64,000 nucleotides of DNA from Patescibacteria group bacterium (GCA_025450075.1 JANWIC010000003.1:32800-96799), one strand, 5' to 3'. Counted from the stretch's first letter, positions 51,857 to 62,563 are shown. The notes: generated by a model not told the origin, from the sequence alone. Translations and numbers: made by a program.

Positions 51857-52852
51857 ATGAAAAAGAGAATATTAACTGGAGATAGGCCAACGGGAAAATT
51901 GCATATTGGTCATTTGATCGGTTCATTAGAGAATCGTGTAAAACTACAGCAAGAATATGATACATATATCATGATTGCAAATGTCCAGGCGCTAACTGAT
52001 AACTTTGATAATCCTGGAAAAGTGAAAAATAGCATCCAGGAACTTCTTTGTGATTATTATGCAGTAGGGATAGATTTCGATATTTCACATATTTTTATTC
52101 AGAGCGAAATCCCCGCGATTCATGAAATTTTTATTTATCTAGCAAACTTTGCAACTGTCCAGCAAATTTCCCATAATCCGACAATAAAGACGGAATTAAA
52201 ACAAAAAGGATATGAGGCTTCAACACCTCTAGGTTTTTTTATTTATCCAATACATCAAGCTGCAGATATTACATGTGTCAAAGCTGATCTCGTGCCGGTT
52301 GGAAAGGATCAGGCTCCGATGGTTGAGTCATGCAGAGAATTGGTTCGAAAATTCAACAATACATACAGCATGAATGTTTTACATGAACCGGAAGCTCTAT
52401 ATGGAGTAGAAAAAAACATTCCTGGAATTGACGGTAATGAAAAAATGGGAAAGAGCCTTAACAATGCTATTTATCTAAGTGACTCAGCTGAAGAATTGAG
52501 GAGAAAAGTATTTTCAGTTACTACGGACCCGAATCGAATTCATCCGACTGATCCTGGAAAAGTTGAAGGAAATGTAGTCTTTACTTATCATGATATCTTT
52601 AATTCAAACAAGGATGAAGTGGCGGATTTAAAACTTCGTTATACAACAGGAAAAGTGGGGGATGTTGAAGTTAAAGAAAAGCTATATAAAGCTATGGAGC
52701 AAACCCTAGCCCCAATTCGTGAGAAAAGGTATGAAGCTGAAAAGAAAAAAGCAGAACTACTTGAAAAAGTAATAGAAACAAGCCGTGAAGTAAGAAAAAT
52801 TGCAAGACAAACAGCAGACGAAATGAAGGAAGCCATGCAGATTAAGTTTTAA
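51857..52852 (+). CDS. trpS: Tryptophan--tRNA ligase
   Basis: TGDRPTGKLHIGH, YPIHQAADI, VPVGKDQ, KMGKS. Confidence 0.97.
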   Translation: MKKRILTGDRPTGKLHIGHLIGSLENRVKLQQEYDTYIMIANVQALTDNFDNPGKVKNSIQELLCDYYAVGIDFDISHIFIQSEIPAIHEIFIYLANFATVQQISHNPTIKTELKQKGYEASTPLGFFIYPIHQAADITCVKADLVPVGKDQAPMVESCRELVRKFNNTYSMNVLHEPEALYGVEKNIPGIDGNEKMGKSLNNAIYLSDSAEELRRKVFSVTTDPNRIHPTDPGKVEGNVVFTYHDIFNSNKDEVADLKLRYTTGKVGDVEVKEKLYKAMEQTLAPIREKRYEAEKKKAELLEKVIETSREVRKIARQTADEMKEAMQIKF

Positions 52853-52910
52853 ATTTCATTTAAAACGTAATGATTAATTTAGTATAATTTTAGGATTAAA
52901 GGTAAATATA

Positions 52911-53240
52911 ATGGAAGATTTAAATCAAAATCTCCAACCTACCGAACCACCTACACTTCCAGAAATAGGAATAGCAAGAGGATCTTATCAAGATATTGTA
53001 GATCGGTTAGGAAAAATATATGGATGGGCGGAGGTTTTAGCTATTGCTGGGTCAGATTTTTGGCTTATAACCAAATTGCTATATCTTACTATCACAACTG
53101 GTGAAAATAATGCTAATTCTAATATAATTGAATTAATGTGGTCCCACCAAGACGTACGTGTTGTATTGGCCATCCTATTATCAATAGGTGGATTTAATCT
53201 CATTGATTTAGTATCAAGTGAAATTCGTACTGATGAATAA
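52911..53240 (+). CDS. Small hypothetical membrane protein
   Basis: 109 aa, two hydrophobic segments, upstream TATAAT. Confidence 0.6.
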   Translation: MEDLNQNLQPTEPPTLPEIGIARGSYQDIVDRLGKIYGWAEVLAIAGSDFWLITKLLYLTITTGENNANSNIIELMWSHQDVRVVLAILLSIGGFNLIDLVSSEIRTDE

Positions 53241-53282
53241 ACGCTATAATTATTGTAGTCAATATATTACAATAGATATAGT

Positions 53283-55157
53283 ATGGCCGAAGAACTTACT
53301 GACTGGACAATCGAAGAATTTTCTTTCACTATTGAACCTCCTCGTCCATCTGAGGATCAGTCTCATGCATGGAAAATGCTGTATTTCAAAATTGGAATGA
53401 TTGCATCAATTGCAATAGTCTTTATCTCTTTAATCAATTTAGAAATCGTAAATGGAGCAAAACTGCAAACAGAGTCAAATACACAACGAATTTTTGTAGA
53501 AACACTTCCCGCTCCCCGAGGTATTATATATGATAGAAATCATATTCCACTTGTATATAATATCGATACATATAAGGTAGTTATTGATACAAATATATTT
53601 GATCCAAAAAATCAAGGAAGCGAGTTTGCCAGTATTGCAAACCTATTACACATTCCTGTTGAGCAGGTTTCGTCAATATATACAAAAGGGATCGTAGCCC
53701 ATGAGGATGTTATTACAGTTCAAGATAATATTAACAAAGATCAGGTAATTGCTTTAAGCACCGATCCAATCTATAAAGGGATTCGTGCTGAATCCAGCAC
53801 CATCAGGCAGTACCCATATATTCAGTATACTGCTGCAATCCTTGGTTATACTGGTGGAGTAAGTGAAAGTGACTTGCATTCAAATGCAGGTCTCAATAGT
53901 CAAGACACAATTGGGAAGGCTGGAATTGAGGCTCAATATGATACTGCACTCCGTGGTGTGGATGGTCAAAAGATCGTTGAAGTAAATACCCTTGGTCAGG
54001 TAGTGAATGTTATTAAAGAAGAGGATCCTATTCCCGGAAACAATATTATTCTTTCACTTGATATTAATGTACAAAAAAATCTTTCAGATGCTCTTGCTTT
54101 AGGTATTAAAGACAGCTCCGCAACAGGAGGTGCCTCCATTATTCAAAATATAAATGATGGTAGTATTATCGCAATGGTAACACTTCCTACATATGATAAT
54201 AATAAGTTTGCACAAGGTATTTCACAGTCCGATTATGCATCCTTATTGAATGATCCGAATACTCCCCTTATTAATAGAGCAATTTCAGAAGCACAACCGC
54301 CTGGCTCAGTAATGAAAACAATTACAGCTTCAGCTGCCCTTCAGGAAAAAGATATTACAACCAGTACATTAGTTGATGATAAAGGAACTTTCGATTTGGG
54401 AGGAATCGTTTTCCAAAACTATGAAAAGATAGCACGAGGTATTATTAATGTCATAGGGGGATTGCAATGGTCATCCAATGTCTTCTTCTATAACGTCATC
54501 CATTCATATTTAAACATTAATACGTTTGTGAAATATGAGAAGCTTTTTGGAGCTGGTTCTTTGACAGGAATCGATCTTCCCGGAGAACAACCTGGTGAAC
54601 TTTCAAGTCCCCAAGTTAAACAAGAATTAACAGGACAAGTCTGGTTTGGAGGAGATAGTCTAAATGCCGCTATCGGTCAGGGATATACTTTAGTAACCCC
54701 AATTCAGGTAGTGAACTGGATTACATCAATTGCAAATGGAGGTACATTATTCAAACCACAAATGGTTTCACGAATAGAAAATGGAACAAGTAATGCAGCA
54801 CAGGTGTTTAATGGTTCAGTTGTTCGCCAAGGATTTGTAGATGATAAATATCTCAGCATCGTAAGACAGGGAATGCATGTTGCTGTGCAAAGCGGTATCG
54901 ACCATACCCTCTATACTTCAGCTGTCGATATTGCAGGAAAAACAGGTACTGCAGAATTTGGAGCTTTAGATGCATATGGGCAATATACTCATGAGCATGC
55001 TTGGGCTTCAGGATTTGCCCCATACGATAAACCGCAAATTTCTTTTGTAGTATTTTTGGAAGGGGGAGGATTGAGTTCAAACTCTGAAAGAGTTGCAAAA
55101 AGTTTTCTAACCTGGTATTACGGAACATATCTAAAACAAAATTCAAATAATCTATGA
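53283..55157 (+). CDS. mrdA: Penicillin-binding protein 2
   Basis: APRGIIYDRN, PGSVMK (SxxK), SSN, KTGT. Confidence 0.95.
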   Translation: MAEELTDWTIEEFSFTIEPPRPSEDQSHAWKMLYFKIGMIASIAIVFISLINLEIVNGAKLQTESNTQRIFVETLPAPRGIIYDRNHIPLVYNIDTYKVVIDTNIFDPKNQGSEFASIANLLHIPVEQVSSIYTKGIVAHEDVITVQDNINKDQVIALSTDPIYKGIRAESSTIRQYPYIQYTAAILGYTGGVSESDLHSNAGLNSQDTIGKAGIEAQYDTALRGVDGQKIVEVNTLGQVVNVIKEEDPIPGNNIILSLDINVQKNLSDALALGIKDSSATGGASIIQNINDGSIIAMVTLPTYDNNKFAQGISQSDYASLLNDPNTPLINRAISEAQPPGSVMKTITASAALQEKDITTSTLVDDKGTFDLGGIVFQNYEKIARGIINVIGGLQWSSNVFFYNVIHSYLNINTFVKYEKLFGAGSLTGIDLPGEQPGELSSPQVKQELTGQVWFGGDSLNAAIGQGYTLVTPIQVVNWITSIANGGTLFKPQMVSRIENGTSNAAQVFNGSVVRQGFVDDKYLSIVRQGMHVAVQSGIDHTLYTSAVDIAGKTGTAEFGALDAYGQYTHEHAWASGFAPYDKPQISFVVFLEGGGLSSNSERVAKSFLTWYYGTYLKQNSNNL

Positions 55158-55648
55158 TAAATCCGCCAAAATCAAAAGAACAATATATTAAGATAGCTTT
55201 GGAAAAAGAGAAAGAAGCTGAGAAGTGCCAACATGAAATAAGATACCAGGAATCAAAGATTCAAAGTCTAAAAAGCAAATTAAATTCTTTACAGCATGAT
55301 CTTCGGGATGCCCAATCAAAAGCTTCTTCCTATGAATCTGAAGCAAGAGGACATGAATCTGATGCCAGAAGTTATCAATCACAAGCTAGGCGATATGAAT
55401 CCAGTATAGATCCTAATGAAAGAAAAATGGCACAAGAGCTTTATGCAAAGGCTGATTCTGCGCTTTCATCTGCAAAAGATGCAAAGAAGAGAGCGAGAGA
55501 TGCTAATAATGATGCAACAAGAATCCGTTTTGATATTTCATTTACTGACAAGGATATCGTATTTGAAGAACGAGTACGTGGTGATTTTGAAGTGAGAATG
55601 AAACGCGCACAAAAAGAAGCATCAGAAATGAGAAACAAAGCAAAATGA
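55154..55648 (+). CDS. Hypothetical coiled-coil protein
   Basis: Charged helical sequence with 7-aa repeats (SYESEAR/GHESDAR/SYQSQAR); overlaps mrdA stop. Confidence 0.7.
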   Translation: MINPPKSKEQYIKIALEKEKEAEKCQHEIRYQESKIQSLKSKLNSLQHDLRDAQSKASSYESEARGHESDARSYQSQARRYESSIDPNERKMAQELYAKADSALSSAKDAKKRARDANNDATRIRFDISFTDKDIVFEERVRGDFEVRMKRAQKEASEMRNKAK

Positions 55649-55827
55649 AAAATATTCTGTTATATACAAAAACACTATTACTTTTTCTTTCCCTCTTTAC
55701 CATTCTTTTTGCATTTTTTCTTTCTCATATTTTCCCTAAAGAAAAATCACTAGTCCTTATTTACTGTCTCATAAATCTTGGCATTTATCTTGTAGTCTAT
55801 CTTTGGATAGTAAAACTAAAAAGATGA
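55645..55827 (+). CDS. Small two-TM protein
   Basis: 60 aa; ATGA coupling to the upstream gene. Confidence 0.5.
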   Translation: MKNILLYTKTLLLFLSLFTILFAFFLSHIFPKEKSLVLIYCLINLGIYLVVYLWIVKLKR

Positions 55828-55830
55828 TGG

Positions 55831-56346
55831 TTATGCTGCAGGAAAGAGTTCTGGATTCATGAGAAATGATGATGTGTTTGCAATCGGATTTATATTGAGA
55901 AAATGATCCTCCTCAACTCCATAATTCCCATTCTGTGAAGTAAAATATCTTTTGGTCAAAAGAAGTGCTTGAAGTAAGTAGTGGATTCTCACTCGTTCAT
56001 TATCTGCAATGTATCCATTATATGCTTGTGTGAGTGGTGTTTGTTTGTCTAGTGGATCCATCATCCATATTAGAGGATTATCAGATTCTCGATAAAGTGC
56101 AAAAAGAAAATCTTGAGGATAGGAAGTTCCTCTTGAAAGATTAATTAATGCTACAGTGAAATTTTTTCCTTGCAGTATGACATTTGGTTGTTCAAAAGGT
56201 GAGGTTGAAGAATCCCAAAAGACAAATTCTTTAGATAATACAAATGGAATAATATCTTCTTCGATATGTCTTCTTAGCCCCATTATTTTGTTGGGATCTA
56301 AATCGCCTAACTGGATTTTATGTAACTTGTAATGATCGAATTCCAT
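55831..56346 (-). CDS. Hypothetical protein
   Basis: 171-aa ORF divergent from topA. Confidence 0.65.
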   Translation of the reverse strand: MEFDHYKLHKIQLGDLDPNKIMGLRRHIEEDIIPFVLSKEFVFWDSSTSPFEQPNVILQGKNFTVALINLSRGTSYPQDFLFALYRESDNPLIWMMDPLDKQTPLTQAYNGYIADNERVRIHYLLQALLLTKRYFTSQNGNYGVEEDHFLNINPIANTSSFLMNPELFPAA

Positions 56347-56456
56347 AGGTATAAAGTATAATGAAAGGAAGTAGGCTCATGCAAGAATGAAAAGAATTGT
56401 TGAATTTGACAGACTTAGCATATATATTGTATTGTCTGAATCGTTACACAAGAATT

Positions 56457-58619
56457 ATGAAAGATATCATTATCGTAGAATCGCCATCAAAGGCAAAAAC
56501 AATTGAAAAGTATTTGGGAGGAGAATATCGGGTTGTCGCCAGTAAAGGCCATATAATGGATCTTCCAAAAAGTGCTTTAGGTGTTGATGTAGAGAATGGC
56601 TTCAAACCTACCTATGTTATCAGTGAAGGTAAAAAGCAGGTAATTAGTCTTATTAAAAAGGATTTGCCCGATAAAGGTACTGTCTATATTGCTTCAGATC
56701 CTGATCGAGAAGGGGAGGCAATTGGATGGCATGTTGCAAAATCTATTGGTCTTATCACTGATGGAGGAAAAGAAAAGAAAGTAAAAGGTAAAGATCTCTC
56801 ATTAAAACGAATTGTCTTCCACGAAATTACTAAGGATGCTATTCTTGATTCGTTCAAGCATGCGAGAAGCATCGATATGAACCTCGTAGATGCCCAGCAG
56901 GCACGGAGAATCCTTGATAGGTTAGTAGGATATAAATTGTCTCCTCTCTTATGGACCAAGATCCGTTACGGCTTATCTGCAGGTAGAGTTCAATCTGTTG
57001 CAGTGAGACTAGTTGTTGAGAGAGAACGTGAACGAGATGCATTTGTAACGAAAGAATATTGGTCAATCGATGGTGTTTTTGCACATAAAAATGGTGATAT
57101 CAAAGCACAACTTCAAAAGGTTGATGGGAAGAAAATTGAAATTCCAAATAAAGACGAGGCTGACAAATTGGTTGGAAGGATAAAAAATGCTCAATATCAT
57201 ATTATACAAGTAACATCAAAAGAAGTTAAACGTCATCCATCACCGCCATTTATTACTTCTACTCTTCAGCAGGAAGCAAATAGGAAATTGGGATTTAGCG
57301 CAAAAAGAACCATGTCGATTGCCCAAAAGCTGTATGAAGGTGTTGAAACTGCAAATGGACGAGTCGCACTTATCACCTATATGAGGACGGACTCATATAA
57401 TCTTTCGGCTCAATCAGTTACAGGAATCAGAAATTATATACAAAAAATATTTGGAAAAGAGTATGTTCCCGCAACACCCAATGTATACAAGAAAAAAGCA
57501 AAACTTGCCCAGGAAGCTCATGAAGCAATACGTCCAGTAGATGTGTCTCATACTCCTGACTCAATGCAAAAATTCCTCTCTTCTGATGAACAGAAACTTT
57601 ACGATCTTATTTGGAAGAGAACGCTTGCATCACAAATGTCAGATGCCAGATTTAACAGTTTAGCTATCGATATAGAAGGAGATGCAATGCTTTTTAGGGC
57701 AAATGGACAGAAAGTTCTCTTTCCTGGATTTATCCAAGTATATTATGAAAGCAGTGATGATGAAGAAACAGCACAAGATATCCTAGATAATATCTTGCCG
57801 CAGGTTGAAAAGAATGATGGAGTAAACTTAAAAGATACACTTCCTGAACAGCATTTTACACAGCCACCAGCAAGATTCTCAGAAGCAACTCTAGTTAAAG
57901 CGCTAGAAGAAAATGGGATTGGAAGACCATCTACCTATGCTCCTATCATTAGTACGATATTAGATAGGGGATATGTTGAAAAAGAAGGAAAATATTTTAA
58001 ACCGAAAGATGTTGGGTATGTGGTAAATGATTTGTTAGTAAAACATTTCAGTTCTATCGTTGATATGAATTTTACATCAGAGATTGAAAAAGAACTTGAT
58101 GAAATTGCAGAAGGGAAGAGAGAATACCAAAATGTTTTAGAAGGATTTTATACTCCTTTTGAAAAGAATCTTGCAGTAAAACAAAAGGAAATTAAAAAGG
58201 AAGATGTCGTAGTTCTTGCTAAAAGTAATGAGGTTTGTCCCGAATGTGGAAAACCTATGGTCGTAAAATTAGGGAAATATGGAAAGTTCTTAAGCTGTTC
58301 AGATTTTCCAACTTGCAAAGGGATGAAAAGTATGGATGATGATGGACAGGAGGTTTCTGATGAGAAATGTGATAAGTGCGGAAGTCCACTCGTGGTAAAG
58401 ATGAATAAGAAAGGGATGAAATTCCTAGGCTGCTCAACTTATCCTGCATGTGACTTTACAAAAAATATTGCAACAGGACTAAAATGTGATATCTGTGGGG
58501 CTGAATTGGTAAAAAGAAAAAGCAAGTGGGGAAAGATTTTTTATGGATGTTCAAGATATCCGGATTGTAAGTTTATTTTAAAGCAACAAAAAACTGCTGA
58601 AAAAGAAGAAACTGCATAG
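56457..58619 (+). CDS. topA: DNA topoisomerase I
   Basis: IVESPSKAKTI, DPDREGEAI, SAGRVQS, ITYMRTDS, C-terminal Zn ribbons. Confidence 0.98.
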   Translation: MKDIIIVESPSKAKTIEKYLGGEYRVVASKGHIMDLPKSALGVDVENGFKPTYVISEGKKQVISLIKKDLPDKGTVYIASDPDREGEAIGWHVAKSIGLITDGGKEKKVKGKDLSLKRIVFHEITKDAILDSFKHARSIDMNLVDAQQARRILDRLVGYKLSPLLWTKIRYGLSAGRVQSVAVRLVVERERERDAFVTKEYWSIDGVFAHKNGDIKAQLQKVDGKKIEIPNKDEADKLVGRIKNAQYHIIQVTSKEVKRHPSPPFITSTLQQEANRKLGFSAKRTMSIAQKLYEGVETANGRVALITYMRTDSYNLSAQSVTGIRNYIQKIFGKEYVPATPNVYKKKAKLAQEAHEAIRPVDVSHTPDSMQKFLSSDEQKLYDLIWKRTLASQMSDARFNSLAIDIEGDAMLFRANGQKVLFPGFIQVYYESSDDEETAQDILDNILPQVEKNDGVNLKDTLPEQHFTQPPARFSEATLVKALEENGIGRPSTYAPIISTILDRGYVEKEGKYFKPKDVGYVVNDLLVKHFSSIVDMNFTSEIEKELDEIAEGKREYQNVLEGFYTPFEKNLAVKQKEIKKEDVVVLAKSNEVCPECGKPMVVKLGKYGKFLSCSDFPTCKGMKSMDDDGQEVSDEKCDKCGSPLVVKMNKKGMKFLGCSTYPACDFTKNIATGLKCDICGAELVKRKSKWGKIFYGCSRYPDCKFILKQQKTAEKEETA

Positions 58620-58620
58620 C

Positions 58621-59256
58621 ATGCAAAATTTTGAAGAAGAAATTCTAACCCTATTAAAGCAACGATATCCAAACGCCCATACTGCGCTTAACTATTCTAG
58701 TCCCTTAGAGCTTCTTGTCGCAACAATCCTTTCTGCACAATGCACCGACAAGCGAGTAAATATAGTAACAGAAAATCTATTTAAGAAATACAAATCCGCA
58801 AAAGACTATGCAGATGCAACAAATCTCCAAGAAGATATTAAATCGATTAATTTTTATAGAAATAAAGCGAAGAACATCCAGGCTATGGCAAAGATTCTTG
58901 TTGATAGGTATAACGGGAATGTACCTGATAAAATGGATGCATTACTCGAGCTTCCGGGAGTAGCGCGTAAAACTGCTAATGTAGTGTTAGGGAATGCCTT
59001 TGACATTCATGAAGGAATTGTTGTTGATACTCATGTAAAACGAGTTTCATTAAGACTTGGCCTTACAAAACAGTATGATCCGATAAAAGTTGAAAAAGAC
59101 CTAGTACAATTATTTCCACAAAACGAATGGGTTTTATTGTCGCATCTATTTATCTATTTAGGTAGAGATGTGTGCAAAGCACCAACTCCAAAATGTCAAG
59201 CCTGTGTGCTTCGACACATTTGTCCATCCTCCCAAGTAAACTCGAATCCTTCTTGA
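58621..59256 (+). CDS. nth: Endonuclease III
   Basis: LSAQCTD, LPGVARKTAN, VDTH, C-x6-C-x2-C-x5-C. Confidence 0.97.
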   Translation: MQNFEEEILTLLKQRYPNAHTALNYSSPLELLVATILSAQCTDKRVNIVTENLFKKYKSAKDYADATNLQEDIKSINFYRNKAKNIQAMAKILVDRYNGNVPDKMDALLELPGVARKTANVVLGNAFDIHEGIVVDTHVKRVSLRLGLTKQYDPIKVEKDLVQLFPQNEWVLLSHLFIYLGRDVCKAPTPKCQACVLRHICPSSQVNSNPS

Positions 59257-59305
59257 ACACAAGCAATGATTGTGTTATAGTATATAGGGTATTATTTACG
59301 CACTA

Positions 59306-59848
59306 ATGGTTGTTTTACTGGACTTTGCTATTCTCAATAATCCCTATATACAAAAGAAGGTTGGGCGGATTGAAACCCTTCACGAACAAGTACTTAAGCT
59401 CCCTATTAACAACCATTTTGAAATGGTGATGAAAGACCGTGCAATATTATTCTTTACGTTTAAGTGGGTTGGATGCTCATGGGGATGATGTTCGAATAGT
59501 GCTACAAGGGAAAGATGAGTGGTTAGGTGAGAAGGTACGTATCCAAACAAGTGAATGGTTGATTTTATCCATGCATAATACAACAGGAGTAATGCAAGTT
59601 TTGACCATCAGTTTATTAAGAATGTCCATACCAATTTGTTCTATCATGTTCCTGGAATGATCCAACCAGGAAATTATCGTACTGTAGATCAGATACAAAT
59701 TAAATATCTGCCTTGTCCAGCTGGGGATGTGTATATTCATATGCAACACATCACTGAATTGCTGAATAGAATGGATGGGATTTATCCAGAAAAAGGGACT
59801 TGGTCGATCCACTTTCTATTTCCTTCGAAAGCAATTAGGAGGAGATGA
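59306..59848 (+). pseudogene. Degraded Fic-family gene fragment
   Basis: Joined frames give KVGRIE...LPI...YYSLRLSG...VRIVLQG...FIKNVHTNLF...PGNYRT...YLPCP..V...M; frameshifts, an internal stop and no HPFxxGNGR. Confidence 0.6.
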
Positions 59849-60593
59849 TATATTGTAGGATAGCTGTAATGGCAATTGGTGCTGTTTCCGTTCGTAAAAT
59901 GTTTGACCCGAGAGTTATCGATTTGAAGCAATACTCATCTATACATGTTTGGATCTCTTGAGATTGAAAACCTCCTTCAGCTCCAATCAAGACAAAGACA
60001 TCTTGAATCTCGGGAGAAATGATTTCGTTGGTAATATGATGGAGGGTTATATCCTTTTCTCCTTCGTTTAAAAGGATTGCATAACTGCTTTTAGCAAGCA
60101 ATTTCTCCTTGTTTTTTATGAGAAATTCACTTAAAGATAAAGGGTTTTGAACACGAATAATATCCATTCTTCCTGATTGAATAGATGACTCCTTAGCTAT
60201 TTTTTGCCATCTTGATAACTTATTTTCTCCAATTTTTCCCTTAATATCAGTGTTGTGAGAGAAGAGGGGAACGATTTCATATCCGCCAAGTTCAGAAACC
60301 TTTTGTAAAATCAATTCCAACTTGTCTAATTTGGGAATACATTGCAATATATGTATCTTCTTTTTGTATTGTATGGCTAAGTCTTTCTTTTCCTTGATAA
60401 ATCCGGTATATCGCTTTCCATTTTTACTTACAAGGATGGTATATATATGAGCATTATTTTCAAGTGGTTCGATACAAGTTAAAATGTCTCCGTCTTCAAG
60501 TCGAATAGAGATAAAGTGTCGAATATCGTCTTCAGAAAATATTATGGTATTATCGTGGATATTTGATTGCTCAATAAAAAAATGTCTTGCCAT
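59835..60593 (-). CDS. rsmE: 16S rRNA m3U1498 methyltransferase RsmE
   Basis: ILQKVSELG, ESSIQSGR, IGAEGGF, LGSNILRTETA. Confidence 0.93.
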   Translation of the reverse strand: MARHFFIEQSNIHDNTIIFSEDDIRHFISIRLEDGDILTCIEPLENNAHIYTILVSKNGKRYTGFIKEKKDLAIQYKKKIHILQCIPKLDKLELILQKVSELGGYEIVPLFSHNTDIKGKIGENKLSRWQKIAKESSIQSGRMDIIRVQNPLSLSEFLIKNKEKLLAKSSYAILLNEGEKDITLHHITNEIISPEIQDVFVLIGAEGGFQSQEIQTCIDEYCFKSITLGSNILRTETAPIAITAILQYIISS

Positions 60594-62389
60594 TACAATA
60601 TAGGAATTCTAAAGGTGAAGGTTGAACCTTTTCCCACTTCACTTTGCACCGTTATATTTCCATTATGTGCATCAATTATGCTCTTGACGATGTAGAGGCC
60701 AAGGCCAAGACCTCCCTGATGTGATTCTTTCTGCCCGTAGGGAAGAGGATTACTGCTGTTAATACGGTGGAACATTTGGAAAAGAGTTCCCTGTACGTTT
60801 TCGGGAATTCCTTTCCCTGTATCGCTGATTGCGACTTCAATAAAGTTATTCATTAAATCGCTTGAAATGGTTATTCTTCCATTTTCCGTATATTTGATTG
60901 CATTTGTTAAAAGATTATCTATAACCTCTCGAATACGTGTACTGTCTGCCCGGACTTCAGGTAGCGGGACTCCACTGGATATGTATTCCATTCGTAACCC
61001 TTTTTTTTCAGCTTCCATAGTTAATTCTTCAACTGCCATACGTATCAGCTTGTCAACATCAACTTTTTGATAAACCAGTTCCATCTTTTTAGTATTTATC
61101 CTTGAGGCTTCGAGCATGGTAGTAATAATGTTGAGCTCACGATCGGCTGATTCTTTTACCATCTCCATTTTTTCCAACACATTTTGGTCCTGAATTGTTT
61201 TGTATTCTAAGATAAGAGAAATAGCGTTTCTTGCAACAGTTGCAGGAGTACGAAGCTCGTGGGATGCCATCGATATCAGATTGTCTTTTTCCTTGTTTAT
61301 CTCTTCTAATTTTTTGTATGCAGCTTCTATGCTTTGTTTAGAGCTTTCCATACTTTCAATTGTTGAGGAAAGCGAGAATGCACTTGAAATTATTGATGAA
61401 TAGTCTTTGCAAATCTCCTCAATTGTATGAGAAATATCCTTCTCCTGGAATAAATGGATAATAACTCCATATAAACTGTCGTGGTAACATATAGGAACAA
61501 CATACACAAGTCTTGCCTGCAAAAGTTCTTGGATTTTATTCGCAGCAGCTGTATCAATATTATTCGGTAGAATATCTTCCAGCTTATTTGTCTTGAACGT
61601 CTTTAGTTGACGGATTTGCTCAAAAACTGGTTTGTCTTCAAGCTCTACCATGGTATATCCGGTGATAGATCTGTCTAATATATCGAAGGAACTTGCTTTT
61701 TCTGGAAGCTGACTTATTGATTCTAGTTTCCAAGTCGAACCGTTTTTTAAGGCTACAATACATGCAACGCTTTGCAGGTCTTCTGGAAGGTGGTGTGCAA
61801 TGTATTCAGACATTGCATGGATATTTCCAGAAGTTAAAAGCATTGGAACAAAAAGTTTTAACCTTTCATGGAGCCTTATTTCGTTTTCAAGATTTTTCAT
61901 CCGATTTTCGGAAGAGAAAAGTTTGCTCTGGGCAAGGATAATAATCTTAAGCAATTCAAAAAGAATAGGTTGTAAATTCTCATTTAATTCTGTGGATGAA
62001 CCAGCGAGGATCATATAGCCGGCTTCCGGTATCCCAATAACCTGCTTAATTCTTCGAGAATATTGCAAGTCTTCAATATTTGCCGGATCCATGATTCCGG
62101 AAAGAATAGTATTCAATTGCTGGGTTTCAAGTAGTGATTCCTCAAGTATGTGTTTTTCAAGCAACACATTACTTCCTCGAATATGTTCCAGATAAGGGTA
62201 AGTAGCATACAAAAAAGAAAGGTCTTCCTCTTCTTTTTTTACTATACATAAAAATTCCAGTTCCAAAGATGCAAGCGACTTTTGTAATGCTTGCGGGATA
62301 TCCTCATCCTCTAGGATCATATGGAGTATATTTATCAAAAAAGATAAATATTGGCCTGGAATATCGGCATTCTTTTTAGAAAACAGCAT
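60593..62389 (-). CDS. Cytoplasmic sensor histidine kinase (GAF-like + HisKA + HATPase)
   Basis: ASHELRTP, NLLTNAIKYT, DTGKGI, GLGLGL, GKGSTF. Confidence 0.92.
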   Translation of the reverse strand: MLFSKKNADIPGQYLSFLINILHMILEDEDIPQALQKSLASLELEFLCIVKKEEEDLSFLYATYPYLEHIRGSNVLLEKHILEESLLETQQLNTILSGIMDPANIEDLQYSRRIKQVIGIPEAGYMILAGSSTELNENLQPILFELLKIIILAQSKLFSSENRMKNLENEIRLHERLKLFVPMLLTSGNIHAMSEYIAHHLPEDLQSVACIVALKNGSTWKLESISQLPEKASSFDILDRSITGYTMVELEDKPVFEQIRQLKTFKTNKLEDILPNNIDTAAANKIQELLQARLVYVVPICYHDSLYGVIIHLFQEKDISHTIEEICKDYSSIISSAFSLSSTIESMESSKQSIEAAYKKLEEINKEKDNLISMASHELRTPATVARNAISLILEYKTIQDQNVLEKMEMVKESADRELNIITTMLEASRINTKKMELVYQKVDVDKLIRMAVEELTMEAEKKGLRMEYISSGVPLPEVRADSTRIREVIDNLLTNAIKYTENGRITISSDLMNNFIEVAISDTGKGIPENVQGTLFQMFHRINSSNPLPYGQKESHQGGLGLGLYIVKSIIDAHNGNITVQSEVGKGSTFTFRIPIL

Positions 62390-62496
62390 GGCGTATTGAT
62401 GACACATTCATTCTAATATGAAACGGGAAAATGAACAAGGGATTCAGTAATTTTGCCAAAATTCTTCTCGTATGCTACAATACTGCCATATTATTT

Positions 62497-62540
62497 CACA
62501 TGCAGATAAGCTTTCTTTGATTATCAATTATCTGCAGAGG
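62497..62540 (+). promoter_or_regulatory. rpsB (S2) leader hairpin
   Basis: CACA-TGCAGATAA...TTATCTGCA-GAGG after extended -10 TGCTACAAT. Confidence 0.6.
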
Positions 62541-62563
62541 TTTAAAAGAAAGGAAAAACCACA

